DNA of 64,000 nt, taken from NCBI GenBank assembly GCA_963827655.1, contig CAWHCF010000002.1:32001-96000 (forward strand), written 5' to 3'. A program made the position numbers and the translations under genes. How positions within the stretch are numbered: the stretch's first letter is position 1; every line of letters starts with the position of its first letter. Below are positions 63,894 through 64,000 of this stretch, piece after piece. The notes under the pieces were generated by a model. That model made no database searches and was not told the origin of the DNA. It saw only the letters and a list, made by a program, of their open reading frames with translations. Source of the stretch: an uncultured Acidobacteriota bacterium. Lineage in GTDB: Bacteria; Acidobacteriota; UBA6911.

Positions 63894-64000
63894 TTCCTAA
63901 GCTCCTCCGGCCTTCGATGTGGTCATCAATCCGACTCCCAGGCCGGATCAGCACAGAAGGTTGAAGTAAGCTCTTCTTTTTTCTCGCTCGACAGCCATGC

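Noticed and set aside
63897-64000. 3' end of a minus-strand gene at the right edge
   Set aside because: Two frames are possible and the fragment is too short to assign

Overview
GC-rich bacterial chromosomal window, most likely Acidobacteriota (inferred from the Oar-type TonB-dependent receptor, acidobacterial VWA protein, kinase/TolB-propeller fusion and many secreted enzymes). It holds a housekeeping core (glnS, gltX, tRNA-Ser(GCT), pdxJ, rsmI, gatCA, ribF, mazG, rne/rng, mreBCD-mrdA-rodA, ppiD-like, yitJ-like, queC) between accessory secreted/catabolic genes (sulfatase, ceramidase-like, GH3, TBDR, enolase-superfamily pair, multicopper oxidase + SCO, M14 peptidase) and a HEPN/MNT toxin-antitoxin pair. 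Many genes, including essential rodA, carry 1-2 nt frameshifts that look like long-read assembly errors. No CRISPR array, integrase, transposase or rRNA was seen. The strongest unexplained signal is non-coding: many intergenic gaps carry dispersed repeats, namely about 20 loci of a 9-bp-period family (ACCACGAAGACACGAAGAC), at least six distinct 7-bp-period arrays that often overlap stop codons, a 139-bp TTA-flanked MITE with a decayed second copy, a perfect 27-bp inverted repeat and a nested REP-like palindrome. Unusual proteins include a ~1400-aa secreted two-CxxCH/HEAT/QW-repeat protein, a heme c + copper-monooxygenase fusion, and an active + catalytically degenerate dehydratase pair.
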